The translations under genes and the position numbers were made by a program. A DNA stretch of 64,000 nt from Marsupella aquatica (lineage: Eukaryota; Plantae; Marchantiophyta), in assembly GCA_973895155.1 (NCBI GenBank), contig OZ316894.1, positions 6,222,134-6,286,133 on the forward strand, in the 5' to 3' direction. The notes under the pieces are model-generated. The model did no database searches. It saw only the letters and a list, made by a program, of their open reading frames with translations, and was not told the DNA's origin. How positions within the stretch are numbered: position 1 is the stretch's first letter; each line of letters opens with the position of its first letter. This document shows positions 13,800-24,940 of the stretch, one piece after another.

Positions 13800-14510
13800 G
13801 GGTGTGTGTGATGAGATTCGGGATTTTCAAGTCATAAGTTCATTAAGACATCCTACGCGAGCATCGTGTGGCACAATTATGATACAAAAACCCGTGACCG
13901 GGCACCACACCATCATTGTGGCCACAACAGACCCGAGCCATAGGTCGACATGCGCGCCATTGCAGTGAAAGTGAAATTCAGTCCAAGTACACATCTTTCA
14001 CTTTCCGAAGGTCATAATGATCCTAGAGCTGGGTAGTCTGGCCTACACGAGCCTCGTGCGGAAAGTAACTGGAACCAACCAGCTCCAACCTCGCCTATTG
14101 TTCTCCCACAGTCCTCAACCCGACAAAATACATTACGTGTGAATATGGGTTTGTGTGATGAGATCCGGGATTTTCAAGTCATAAGTTGATTATGACATCC
14201 TACGCGAGCCTCGTGTAGCACAATTATGATACAAAAACACCTGTCAGTTTAACCTCAATAACGGAGGAAATTGAGCTCATCCCAAACAAATCTCGTGATC
14301 CGGCACCAAACCATCATTGTGGACACAACGGACACGAGCCAAAGGTCGACATGCGCGCCATTGCAGTGAATGTACACACCTTTCACTTTTCGAAGCTCAA
14401 TATGATCCTCGAGCTAAGTAATCCGGCCTACACGAGCCTTGTGCGGAAAGTGACTGGAAAAAACCAGCTCCAACCTCGCCTATTGTTCTCCCACAATCCT
14501 CAACCCAACA
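13800..14510. repeat. Two imperfect ~350-380-bp direct repeats downstream of the transposase, each with two palindromic motif copies
   Basis: GTGTGATGAGAT.CGGGATTTTCAAGTCATAAGTT...CCAGCTCCAACCTCGCCTATTGTTCTCCCACA starts at ~13806 and ~14153. Confidence 0.85.
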
Positions 14511-14572
14511 ATTAGGACGTGCCGTGCATCGCCAATTGTCTTCCACGCGAGTCTCGCGTCGAGTTAAGGATA

Positions 14573-17032
14573 TTAGTTCTCCTCAATCGTTTCTGTAATG
14601 TAAACCTTCACACTTTCCAAAACTCTCGCTGGAACTTTTACCTTTGCTTTCGCTTTTGATGTCCATCCGGTGATGGTTGAAGTTGCAAGCATCCAATCAT
14701 TCGTGATTGGGGGAATGAGGTAATTGGGATCCCTTTCCCACGTTTGCTTTGAATTAAAGCAGTCCCGATATCTTTCTGATTCGGTTGCCAAACTATTGCG
14801 ATTAAGAGGGTGCCACCATTCAACTTGGAACTCTCCAACACTCGCGTTGTCGGTATCTCTTACGACACAATCGATTGCTTTTGCAAGCCAAAATTGTTGC
14901 GGAATTCTGGTTTCAAATTCATCGGTGGGTCGAATAATAACAAATGTATTCTTTTTAATATCTTCCAGAGGACTAAATCTTGACCTCTCACGCTTAGAAG
15001 GGTGTCCGACAAAGATTGTTTGCCTCTCTTCTTCATCTTCTTGAAGCTCTCTTTCCAGATTATGCATCACCCCGTTGTCTTCGCTTGGGTTGGTATCCAC
15101 ATTCTGACCATACTGACGATACCCAGTTCCATGGTTCGTTCGAGGCCAGAATCCATCAAGTAATGGATAATCTACCCCTGCTAGCGAAGGAGAGCAAAGT
15201 GTATCCTGAAACACAGAAACAATGTTTTCCCAGTATTGAATCTCTGGACTTCGGAGACGATATCCCTCCGATGTAACATCCTTCCATGCAGTCTTCAGCC
15301 ATGAGATATAATGGATCAAGTACTCCAAAATGTCATTCGCCCGCTTGTGAGAAGACTCCATCCGCTTGGAATATGGACGTCCAATTGGAAATTTGTATTG
15401 GTTTCTCTCTGAGTCAAACAACCAAATTGTTTGACCCTTTGTAGGTAGCCAAGACGTATCAATTTTCTCTCGATATTGGTAGACTGGGACATTCTCCTTC
15501 ATTGAGAACAAGAATTGAACAGGTGCTGATTGACCCTGGATCCTTTTGACAAATGGTCCTACATAAGCTTTGTAAGATGCAACTTCGCGGATGAACCTGG
15601 GAACCGGATGTTTCTTCTCGCACTCCCAAACCTCCGCCATTAAACCAAAAAAGGTGGTAAGCTCTCGATTGTAGATCCTTATCCCCACTCTAGAGAAGAA
15701 GGCATCCACATCCTCATGAGTGTGCCCGACCATCAAAAAGAAAAGAGTTACTGACTCAAACACTCCTTTTAGAACAAGCTCGCTATAGAAAGCCAGAACT
15801 GTCTGGTTCTTGTTATCCTTTCCCGAGTTATCAAGTTGAAGGTGGAGGTGTCGAGGAAGCGCCTTGAAGGGTAGGGATGTTGAAGACTCTACGCGACTCT
15901 CATGTGGCACATTATCACCAAGCCCTGCGAAGTGAGCGAGAGAGATCTTTTTGGTTTCGAGGTATCCTACCTCAAAGGCACGCTGATCCAAGAGGGATAC
16001 AAAGATTGGATCTGTGACGTCAGAGGTGTTGAGAGCTAAATCGCCGGTCTTATCTCCCACAAATGATTTGAGATCACAAAATAACTTTGCAAGTGAAGAG
16101 ACTGTAAAATCAGGATCGCTTGCCCACAAACCAGAAAGGGCAAAATGTGCATAAATTCCAGGCTCCCGTCCATGCGTTAACATCCCCGTCAGCGTCATTG
16201 GTAGCGGGATTGATTTGCCTCCTTGGCTCTTGAGTGTAGAAGTCATTTTAGGGATTCCGGTCTTGGCTTGATCCATTTTATCGTGAATCACAGACAAATA
16301 TTTGTCGGGCTCCTGGTCCGCTGCAAGTTTTGCTGCATAGTACATACTCCTGCGTGATTGTTGTTCCAATATATGCCGTTCGTGCTTTGCCTTGATTTCT
16401 AAAATCTTATCCACCCGTTTCTCCCCCCGAAGTGTTTCTTTAATGGTAGTGCAAAGATCGCATTTTGCAAAGTTGCTCCGATCTTGGAATTGGAAATTGG
16501 GGAAATATTTATCCAAAAGCTTGTAGAAGGTTGGGAGAGAGGGCGAATGAATACCCAGGTTTTTGTTAAGCTCGCAAGCCTCTTCAAAAACATCTTTTCT
16601 CCCGTAACTTATTGGAACCCTAAAAACAACTTCCTGCTTGCCTGAAACACCAATTTTGTGAAGATGTGGCATTGGTTCTGCAGATTTCTGCAGGATACTT
16701 TGAATTGATTCTGTGAACAACACAACGTAGTCTTTGGTCTTGATGGTCCCTTCATTCCCATGAACACCAACTTTTGCCCCCTCCATGTATCGTGAATACA
16801 TTGTGTAAAATGTTCCTCGAGAAAATCCATGAATATTCCAAAAAGCTTCCTTGCAGATCCTGCTTCCCTTGAATACAATCATGCCTGAGGCGATGGTTTC
16901 ATCGTCACGACAGTGAAGATGTGAGCACGTAAGTATGTTGCTCAACATGCGATAGACCATAGTACTCTTCCCTAATGTCAGTGACGGTCTCACGGAGTTG
17001 TCGTCGACAACAACTCTGTGAGCAACAATCAA
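14573..17032 (-). CDS. Sola-like DDD transposase core (DUF7869-type motifs)
   Basis: 819-aa ORF with C..C (AKCDLC), IHDKMDQAK, LQLDNSGKDNKN and FLMVGHTHEDVDAFF, giving an RNase H-like D-D-D triad. The N-terminal part continues upstream through frameshifts (16905-17231, 17283-17894). Superfamily assignment is from memory of motifs plus the 4-bp TSD. Confidence 0.8.
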   Translation of the reverse strand: MIVAHRVVVDDNSVRPSLTLGKSTMVYRMLSNILTCSHLHCRDDETIASGMIVFKGSRICKEAFWNIHGFSRGTFYTMYSRYMEGAKVGVHGNEGTIKTKDYVVLFTESIQSILQKSAEPMPHLHKIGVSGKQEVVFRVPISYGRKDVFEEACELNKNLGIHSPSLPTFYKLLDKYFPNFQFQDRSNFAKCDLCTTIKETLRGEKRVDKILEIKAKHERHILEQQSRRSMYYAAKLAADQEPDKYLSVIHDKMDQAKTGIPKMTSTLKSQGGKSIPLPMTLTGMLTHGREPGIYAHFALSGLWASDPDFTVSSLAKLFCDLKSFVGDKTGDLALNTSDVTDPIFVSLLDQRAFEVGYLETKKISLAHFAGLGDNVPHESRVESSTSLPFKALPRHLHLQLDNSGKDNKNQTVLAFYSELVLKGVFESVTLFFLMVGHTHEDVDAFFSRVGIRIYNRELTTFFGLMAEVWECEKKHPVPRFIREVASYKAYVGPFVKRIQGQSAPVQFLFSMKENVPVYQYREKIDTSWLPTKGQTIWLFDSERNQYKFPIGRPYSKRMESSHKRANDILEYLIHYISWLKTAWKDVTSEGYRLRSPEIQYWENIVSVFQDTLCSPSLAGVDYPLLDGFWPRTNHGTGYRQYGQNVDTNPSEDNGVMHNLERELQEDEEERQTIFVGHPSKRERSRFSPLEDIKKNTFVIIRPTDEFETRIPQQFWLAKAIDCVVRDTDNASVGEFQVEWWHPLNRNSLATESERYRDCFNSKQTWERDPNYLIPPITNDWMLATSTITGWTSKAKAKVKVPARVLESVKVYITETIEEN

Positions 17033-17894
17033 CCCGATAAAGAGTATCTATGGACACCCAAGACATCTTTTGATTGCGTCTTTTCTCGAGTCGGTTTCTC
17101 TCCTTCTGGTTTGAATCTTGAGGATTTCTTCGTTGATTGTTATAGCCCCTTTTTGGCTTGATATATGAGAGAATTCTAACTCCCTCATCGTTACCATCAT
17201 TCTGATCTAAAAGATCACTAAGACATTCCATTCCAGGCTCAATCCTAGTTTTGCTGATTGGCCATCGAATTGTGCATGGTGATCAGTCAACAAATTGAGG
17301 GAACATAACTTTTCCCAAGCCAGCTTCAATAGCTAGACTCAAAATATTCACACCAACATGATCTCCCGCATGATCTTCCCCAACTCGCTCGTTGTTAATG
17401 GACGCAAGAGGATGTGGGTTTATGATGCAACCTCTTGCGAGCAAGGTTTCTCCGTCGTCCGCATAGAGAAGGGCAAACTTTTTGAACCATGTGCTACGAT
17501 CTTTCAGATCCTCCGCAAAAACCTCTGTCCCCTCCAGTCTGGTGGCTGATTCAGAATTACCTTCAATATTGTCAACTGGGTCATCAATGACATAAGCTGA
17601 CTCTGTTTGACCTCCAAGATTCATGTCATTTGCATGGCGGACATCTTGCCGATCCCACAAAACAACGGAGTTCACCGACTCTCCTACTAGATCAGCTCCT
17701 GGATGTGGATACGGCAGCTGTGCGAGGTGAAAGAAAGCATTGTCCACCGCCACACTTATCCGTTCTGCTCCAAGCAACACAGAGTGGCAGGTGTCGAAAG
17801 GTAGAACACAAAAAACCTTTCCACCAGCAACTGGTTGTTCATTGATAAGCAAGTGAACGACTTCTCCAGGTAGAAGCTGCGTTCTTGAAGCCAT
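16905..17894 (-). pseudogene. Frameshifted 5' part of the transposase gene with two Tnp1/EnSpm-C-terminal-like (DUF8039-like) modules
   Basis: ORF 17283-17894 contains VAGG.V...CH...LG.....V.V......LPYP.....VGESVNSVVLW and a second partial repeat. ORF 16905-17231 contains CCSQSCC. Splice acceptor (TTTTTTCCTCAG, minus strand) at ~17903. Confidence 0.55.
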
Positions 17895-18049
17895 TTTGGA
17901 TCTGAGGAAAAAATATTACAACAAAAACATCTTTTAAAACATCCTACACGAGGCTCGTGTGAAAATCTCTAACTCGAATGTAAGCAAATATCACAGACCT
18001 GAAAATTCACCTCCAGTTTAAACAAGCAATGAAGAGAAATTTCTATTGT

Positions 18050-18830
18050 ATCTTAGACAAGGGGAACAACACGAGACTCGTGTAGACAATCAAACATCCA
18101 AAATTCAATAGAGATTACTACTGAATACACAATAGTAGGCTCTTGAAACTTCTACACAGAGATGGATATTCTGAAATGCGTATTCTTCTTAGAGAAACTT
18201 TCTATGGAACGTTGTATTTGGATAGACGAGGGGAACAACACGAGGCTCGTGTAGACAATCCAAAGTCCAATATTCAATAGAGATTACGACTGAATACACA
18301 CTAGTAGGCTCTTAAAACTTCTACACAGAGATGGATATTCTGAAATGAGAATTCTTCTTAGAGGAACTTTCTATTGAAAGTTGTATTTGGATAGACGAGG
18401 GGAACAACACGAGGATCGTGTAGACAATCCAAAGTCCAATATTCAATAGAGATTACGACTGAATACACACTAGTAGGCTCTTAAAACTTCTACACAGAGA
18501 TGGATATTCTGAAATGAGAATTCTTCTTAGAGGAACTTTCTATTGAAAGTTGTATTTGGATAGACGAGGGGAACAACACGAGGATCGTGTAGACAATCCA
18601 AAGTCCAATATTCAATAGAGATTACGACTGAATACACACTAGTAGGCTCTTAAAACTTCTACACAGAGATGGATATTCTGAAATGAGAATTCTTCTTAGA
18701 GGAACTTTATATTGAAAGTTGTATTTGGATAGACGAAGGGAACAACACGAGGCTCGTGTAGACAATCAAAAGTCCAAAATTCAATAGAGATTACTACTGA
18801 ATAAACATTAATAGGCTCTTAAAACTTGTA
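18050..18830. repeat. 169-bp tandem array (~4.6 units) in a predicted 5' intron of the transposase gene
   Basis: GAACAACACGAG at 18064, 18233, 18402, 18571 and 18740. Each unit carries an ACACGAG-N-CTCGTGT-type palindrome. Confidence 0.95.
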
Positions 18831-19019
18831 CAGTTAAACGACATCCCAATGGGAAAGACTCAAGCAAATACATTCACATACTGACACAATCACTAAAACA
18901 AAATTGAAAATGACAGGAGCAGTACCTGAAACAACAGAGCACGCTTTAACAAAAGTCCCACCTCGGACTGAAGGCACGAATGAGTCAGATCTCAAACAAT
19001 GACTTGCACGAAGTGGTCT

Positions 19020-19395
19020 GTCACGTTATATAGTGAGTGGGGGTGCGAGAATTTCAGACTTTCAACTCTACCAGATTGTCGTGTAGTACTTTTTTGTGGC
19101 GGCGTGGAGTGTGGTGAGCAGCCATTTCCATAAATGCAGATTGGTTTGGCGGCGGGTGGTGGTTCGCCATGTTAGTGACACGTCCTCCACCAGATCCCGA
19201 GTGTCAGGTTTGGCGGTCGGGTAGCGACCGCAATCATTGTTGCGACCGCAAGGGGTATATGTTGCTTTCCAGCTCGCTGTCGCTCTCATTCTCTTTCTCT
19301 GTCAATCACGCTCTCTCTCGCTCTCTCTCTCTCTCTCACGCTCGGCCCTCAGATTGTTTCACGCTCTTTCACGCTCGCCTCGGACTATAAAAGGA
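19020..19395. promoter_or_regulatory. Putative divergent promoter of the Sola-like element
   Basis: TATATAA on the minus strand at ~19026-19032 points to the transposase, and TATAAAA on the plus strand at 19386 points to the accessory genes. A CT-rich tract lies at 19313-19337. Confidence 0.45.
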
Positions 19396-19496
19396 CCTCG
19401 GGCCTCGGACCTTGGATCATTTGTGTTTTCTATTTGTTTTTGCTGAACTGGTCAGTGCTTGACATTGTCGTGGAGGAGTTCGCACGTGCGAAGGCA

Positions 19497-20387
19497 ATGA
19501 CGACTTCTTTGGCAGAAAATGATGCCGGCTTACTTGCTCTGGCTGCATTGAGGAAGCTCAAAGGTAATTCTGACCTGCATTTCTCTGTTTTCTATGGATT
19601 GTGCTAAACTTGAGTCTGCTCTACACGAGAGTCGTGTAGAATGGGTCTCTTTCATCGACCCATACTCTCTATTTGAGAGCCCTTATGTCAGAATTTAGAA
19701 TTTCCTGTTCAGTTCTACGCGAGTCTTGCGTAGACCGTTTCTCCAATCTTGGAAGACAATGGATTTCTACGCGACTATCGTGTAGAAACTCAGGTTCTGT
19801 AGAGTGTTAAATCCTCATTCGGAGGTAGTACCATTTGGAATCAAAACATTGTTCATGTGACTTTGTTCTTTCAACTTTTCTAGAGGGAGGCGCTCATCGC
19901 AAGGACGATTTTGAGAAGATTGAGGGATTGTTGCAAAAAAGTATTTATGCTTTTGATATGAGTTTGATGGAGAATTCCATTCTCCAAAAAGCGTTGGAGG
20001 ATGAAAAGGAAGCAATAGAATACGAGCGGGAGCAGATGTTTGCAAAGTATCGATGGGCACAGATCCAACATTTGACTACTTGCAACGTAGCGGCAAAGTC
20101 CATGAAAGCTTCTCTTGAGATGGAGAAGTTTCGAGATTGTCAAGTTCATGACTTGCGCCAGGAGCTGGCCGATGGCCGAGAGAGGGAAAGACAATTGGAT
20201 ACCAAAGTGCGATGGATTGAATTGGAAAAAAACAATTGTTGCCTTCATGGCCACATGTGTTCGCATACTTTGAGTTAGGGTTCTCTTATGTTTCTAGCGG
20301 ATCAGATTGTTTTCTTAAATCTGGATGTTTTGACTCTGAATGATGATGAGCTCAAATGGCTCATACGACTATCTCCAGAGATCTGAT
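19497..20387 (+). pseudogene. Small spliced coiled-coil accessory ORF of the Sola-like element
   Basis: ATG 19497 MTTSLAENDAG..., donor GTAATT at ~19564, acceptor TTCTAG at ~19883, then the frame of ORF 19835-20278 (coiled-coil, CCLHGHMC), with an in-frame stop at 20276. Confidence 0.4.
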
Positions 20388-20626
20388 AGTCATTTTTTGC
20401 GGGATCATTTACACACCAAAGAGGCCAGAGGTCTGATAGTCATTTTTGCGAGACCGTTTACACGCCAAAGAGGCCATTTTGTAAAGGATGTTTTGACATC
20501 ATTTTGTTTGTAATGAATCAACAGTTTTTCGGCTCACTTTATTTTCTACGCGAGTGTCGTGCAGATGTTTGACATATTTCTCCTTGTCTTCTAGGAGTTC
20601 GCTCTGTTTATTTCCGTTTTGACAGG

Positions 20627-22199
20627 CTTCGCATTGAAACTCCAACGGTCGCAAAACTTCAGAATATTTTGGCGACAGTGAATTCATGGTCTTTTGAATT
20701 GCAACCAGTCAAAGGCAACTACCGTTTGATTGTGAGGGGAGTTAAAACAGAAAATGGACGAAGAAACTTTGTGAGTTTTGGCACTCTCGCAAACTGTACA
20801 AGGTTTGTGTCCCCAAAGGACAACCCATCTCTTCTGCTGACATTGGAGTGTGAGAGTTCTTGGAATTTCAAGCAGATGGTTGCTCCACTTCATGGGTTTT
20901 GCTCAGCACATTGTCTTGAACCTTACAACCAGGACACAAATGTTGTCTCTTGCGGTTTCTTTGATCCTTTAGTGGATAGATGGCTGTCACCTGATTGGGT
21001 CTTTACGGCTGATGAAATAATTCTAGGGCTTGGACGGGTCTCCTATGTCATGAAGCAGTCCAAATTTTTTATCTCTCGGACACGAGAGGTGGATCACATA
21101 ATGCGGATGAAGATCCCAGACGATGACTGGAGGAGAAAGATGACTATTTCTCCGAATGTTGTGTTCATGAAACACTTCAGTGAGACAAAGGTGGAGGAAT
21201 GGATTCGAGAGCATCCAGTAATCCAAGACTTGGTACGCCCAAAGAAGAAAGAAGCTGGTGGAAAAGAGATTGACGATGATGATGGGGAGGGAAAGGACGA
21301 GGATGACTCATCCGCCTCTGGAGAGAGCAAGTCCCATGAAACGATATCAGTCTATGAGACAGAAAATGAGGATGACGGAGAGGAGGGAAGTGTCCAAGAA
21401 GAGAGCAAGAAGACTTTTCAGAATCGGGCGGGGTCAGAGAATGAGTCAGAGTCAACAAGTTTAGAAGGTGCAGTTGAACCAACCAACGATGATGGTGAGA
21501 GTGGGGAAATTCAACAAAATGAGGTCATCCCACCAGCAAAGCCTCCAACAGAGAAGCGATACGCAAATACTGCAAAGGGAGTTTCGCCCAGGAAGGGGAA
21601 AGCTGGTGTCGTGTCAGAGTCATCCACACCCAGTTGGAAGAAAAAAGCAGTGGACAAAAAATCACCATCAGGGAAACTAGGCCGGAAGAAGGTTGATTTT
21701 GAGAAAACAAAAGAAGAAGCTAAACTACCTCGGAAGAGAGTGAGAGTCGTTGATCAAGCAGATGAGCCGCCTGCGGCAAAAACAGGCCGCAAGAAGGTTC
21801 AACGGGAAGAACAAAAAGAAGACAAGAAACCATTTCGAAAGAGAGTTCTTTTTTCTGACCAGCGCGAAGTCGTGCCTCAAGTGAAAGGTGGAAAAAACTT
21901 ATCTTTGATTGATAAACAAGAAGAGGCAACATCTTCTCGGAAGAGAATTCAAGTTGTCGAGGAAGCGCAAGGAATACGAAAATCAAGCAAAGCAAAGAAA
22001 GTCGCTTCACCAGAAAAACCTGAGGAGGAGAAACCGACTCAAAAGTCTCGGGTTGGACAGAAATCTGAGTCGGTCATGAAGAAAGTTGAGAAGGTTGAAC
22101 CGGAGATCAGGACGCTGAAGCGAAAGGGAGTTGTAAAAGATCCTGCACCAAAGGGAAACAAAAAAGCAAAACTTGATGTTGAATCAGTAGTTGTGGAAT
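20627..22199 (+). pseudogene. Accessory gene segment 1 (globular N-terminus, then acidic and Lys-rich region)
   Basis: ORF 20669-22225. It joins in frame to segment 2 when the solo LTR 22200-32028 and one GGAAT are removed (VVE|SRAKPP). Confidence 0.7.
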
Positions 22200-23570
22200 T
22201 GTCACGTCATCGGCTACGGCCTTAACTCAGACTTCAGCTTAGACGGGCACATCCCTCGTAAATCTAAGGGTTCGGGCAGGAAGGGAAGCACGTAATGCAC
22301 CTTATTCTCGTAAACTAGCGCTAAGTGCGCATACTCCTAAATACAGACACCTCCTAGGTATGGTTTGTGTTCCGCTGCCAGAACGTACCTTAGTCGATAG
22401 CAGGATCGACCCCGGCTTAAGGACTTCTAAGCCTTCGTGCTGTCCGCCTTCGATCCGGATTCGATGATACAGGTCCTCAACCCGTGCTCGCAACCACTTA
22501 CCCGCAGGCTGCACCCTGTGCACGTCTCGGGTAGTGCGTTTGGCCTGGCGCTGCCACCCATATACGAGAAACCCACACACATACACGCGCACATGCATAC
22601 AATCTCGATTTACACGAAGGAAAATGATGGGAAAGGATTTTACTACAAAGGGAACATATGCGTACACTTAGTTGACCCGACAGCCCCGGAATGAACAGGT
22701 TCAAGGCCGAGGGTGCACACTACAACGGAGCCCGGCTCCGCACTCGCCCGGCAAGCTTAGTCCTACCTCCTCCCCTTGGTACTCTTTCATTCCCAGAGGT
22801 CGGGACTCCCCGCACATACCGCGGACGCCCAACTTTGCAACTAAAAACCCCCCCCTCTCTCTACCGAGGGGTGCACTAAATACTAAGGGCCGAGGGATGG
22901 GGTGTCCTCTCGCCGAAGATTCACTGACTACGGTCCTAACTAAGCTGACAGTCAGGCCGGAAACGGCTGTGTCTTATTAGAAGATCCTAATCTATGCAGG
23001 CTGGACAACACGGCAGCGATGTTGTACCTAAGGCAGGTGCCTGTCCCAAGAGCCTGACTAAGCTAGTCCTAATCCTACTCTATTCCTACTCCGCCGCTAA
23101 TGCCTGGCACGCTTGCCAGAGCCACCTGAATGGGAGCGGCCATCCCGCTACCTTCGAAGCCTGTCATTGTCCGCCTTGAGGAGCTGGACCTGGTCTAGCA
23201 GAGATTCGTTCTCTCGCCTCGTCGCGTCCGTCTCCTCTACTGCCTCCTGACAAGCCTCCTCCAGCTGCTGGGCGTCACTTGTCAGTTTACCCGCCAGCCG
23301 GTCCTGCTTCTCGGCCTCAGTTTGGAGCCGCGCCACCTCAGCCTGCAGCGTGGCTATCTCCGCAGTGTCCCGCTGGGCCCGTTCCTCGGCCTCCTCCAGG
23401 TCTTTCTGCCAGGTGACAGTTTGATTCTTCAAACTGTCAATCTGGTTCCGGAGTCGTGTAATCTTGGCTTCATTCCCAGCTTTGGCCTGTTCGGCTAGGA
23501 CGGTGTCTGGGGGAAAAATGTGGTTCTTGAGGAAGCACCGGGCCTATGGCTGCTAGTGTCAAGAGAGAAC

Positions 23571-23780
23571 TTAAGTTAAGATCATGATTACTATTCTAGA
23601 CTGGGTAGCAGACACCACAAGGAACGATTCCGTGGATGAAAGCACAACATCATAACCCTTTTCTCCATACCTACGGACTATTGCCTCCTTGGCAGCTACC
23701 TTGGGTCGAGTTACAAAACGAATATCTCCCAACGAGAAAGAAACGGGAGGCTCATCGGAGGGAGGTTTGTTGAGATCCAT
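23571..23780 (-). CDS. Small hypothetical ORF (69 aa) in an intronic insert
   Basis: ATG-initiated and 1 nt downstream of the stop of ORF 23782-24015. Confidence 0.3.
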   Translation of the reverse strand: MDLNKPPSDEPPVSFSLGDIRFVTRPKVAAKEAIVRRYGEKGYDVVLSSTESFLVVSATQSRIVIMILT

Positions 23781-23781
23781 C

Positions 23782-24015
23782 TCAATACAAGATAAAAATT
23801 GTGCAAGCCCAATCCTGCCCGTAAACTACATAAGGGTATACAATTGGCTCTATTGAATTTAATACCGCAGTTGCAAATGCTTCTCCAAAGTGAAAAGTCA
23901 TATGCTGGTGCATTATCTCTTTTTGGAGTACATGAATTCTAATAAGGAAAGGATTAGGGAGAGGAAGAATAGGTACTGGTCTGGGCATTATCGTACTATC
24001 AAATATTTCATCCAA
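23782..24015 (-). CDS. Small hypothetical ORF (77 aa) in an intronic insert
   Basis: ATG-initiated, abuts the next ORF, and lies downstream of TATAAA (minus strand, 24530-24535). Confidence 0.3.
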   Translation of the reverse strand: MDEIFDSTIMPRPVPILPLPNPFLIRIHVLQKEIMHQHMTFHFGEAFATAVLNSIEPIVYPYVVYGQDWACTIFILY

Positions 24016-24619
24016 CTAATTTTCATTCTAATGACAAGAGATAGAATCATTCAACAAAAAGATCATCCATTTCAAACAAATATCATGCATTGAGTTAACT
24101 CTAAGTATATACATACAGATGTTTATCTTAATAGGTTGATCTTCTTTTGAATGAAAATACTATCTGAAGGTCCAACTCATACAAAATACCTCTGGCCGAG
24201 CCGAAGCTCTAAGCAAGAGTGCATGAGTGGGTCTACTTCATAAGGATTTCACCCAAAAGGGAGCATATGATGTCAAGGCATTGTTGAGCACTTTCCAACT
24301 CTTTAGAACTTAATAACCATCTCCTATCAAATGACAACACTTTCTGAAGGTCCGACTCATACAAAATATCCCTGGCCGAGCCGAAGCTCTAAGCAAGAGT
24401 GCATGAGTGGGTCTACTTCATAAGGGTTATATTCATAGAAGAGATCATCAAGTCCAATGGATTTTTAAGACTTCATAACTTAGTTGATGAAAAATGGGGA
24501 GTGAGGGGAGAGAGCCCCTCTCCTCTTTATTTATAGTGCTCACACCTCAAGCACACGGATCAAGCATGGCACACGGATGGAAGCCATGTGTCACACATCC
24601 AAGGCAAGTAAGTGTGCTA

Positions 24620-24940
24620 GTACTGTAGTTACGTGAGTGGAGCAACTGTAGACAGTACACTATAGTATGCACACTATAGATCGTACACTATAGCATGCAT
24701 ACTGTAGATCATACACTGTAACATGCACACTGTAGATCGTACACTGTAGCATGCACACTGTAGATCGTACACTGTAGCATGCACACTGTAGATCGTACAC
24801 TGTAGCATGCACACTGTAGGTCTTGCACTATAGCATGCACATTGTAGATCGAACAATATAGCATGCATACTATAGACCGTGTACTGTAGCATGCACACTA
24901 TAGGTTGTGCACTGTAGCATGCACACTATAGACTGCATAT
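24620..24940. repeat. Minisatellite of 14-bp subunits (28-bp higher-order unit ACACTGTAGCATGC-ACACTGTAGATCGT)
   Basis: Directly visible, roughly 20 subunits. Confidence 0.95.

Noticed and set aside
18050-18830. 169-bp array as CRISPR or centromeric satellite
   Set aside because: Whole units are duplicated, there are fewer than five copies, and it lies inside a transposon.
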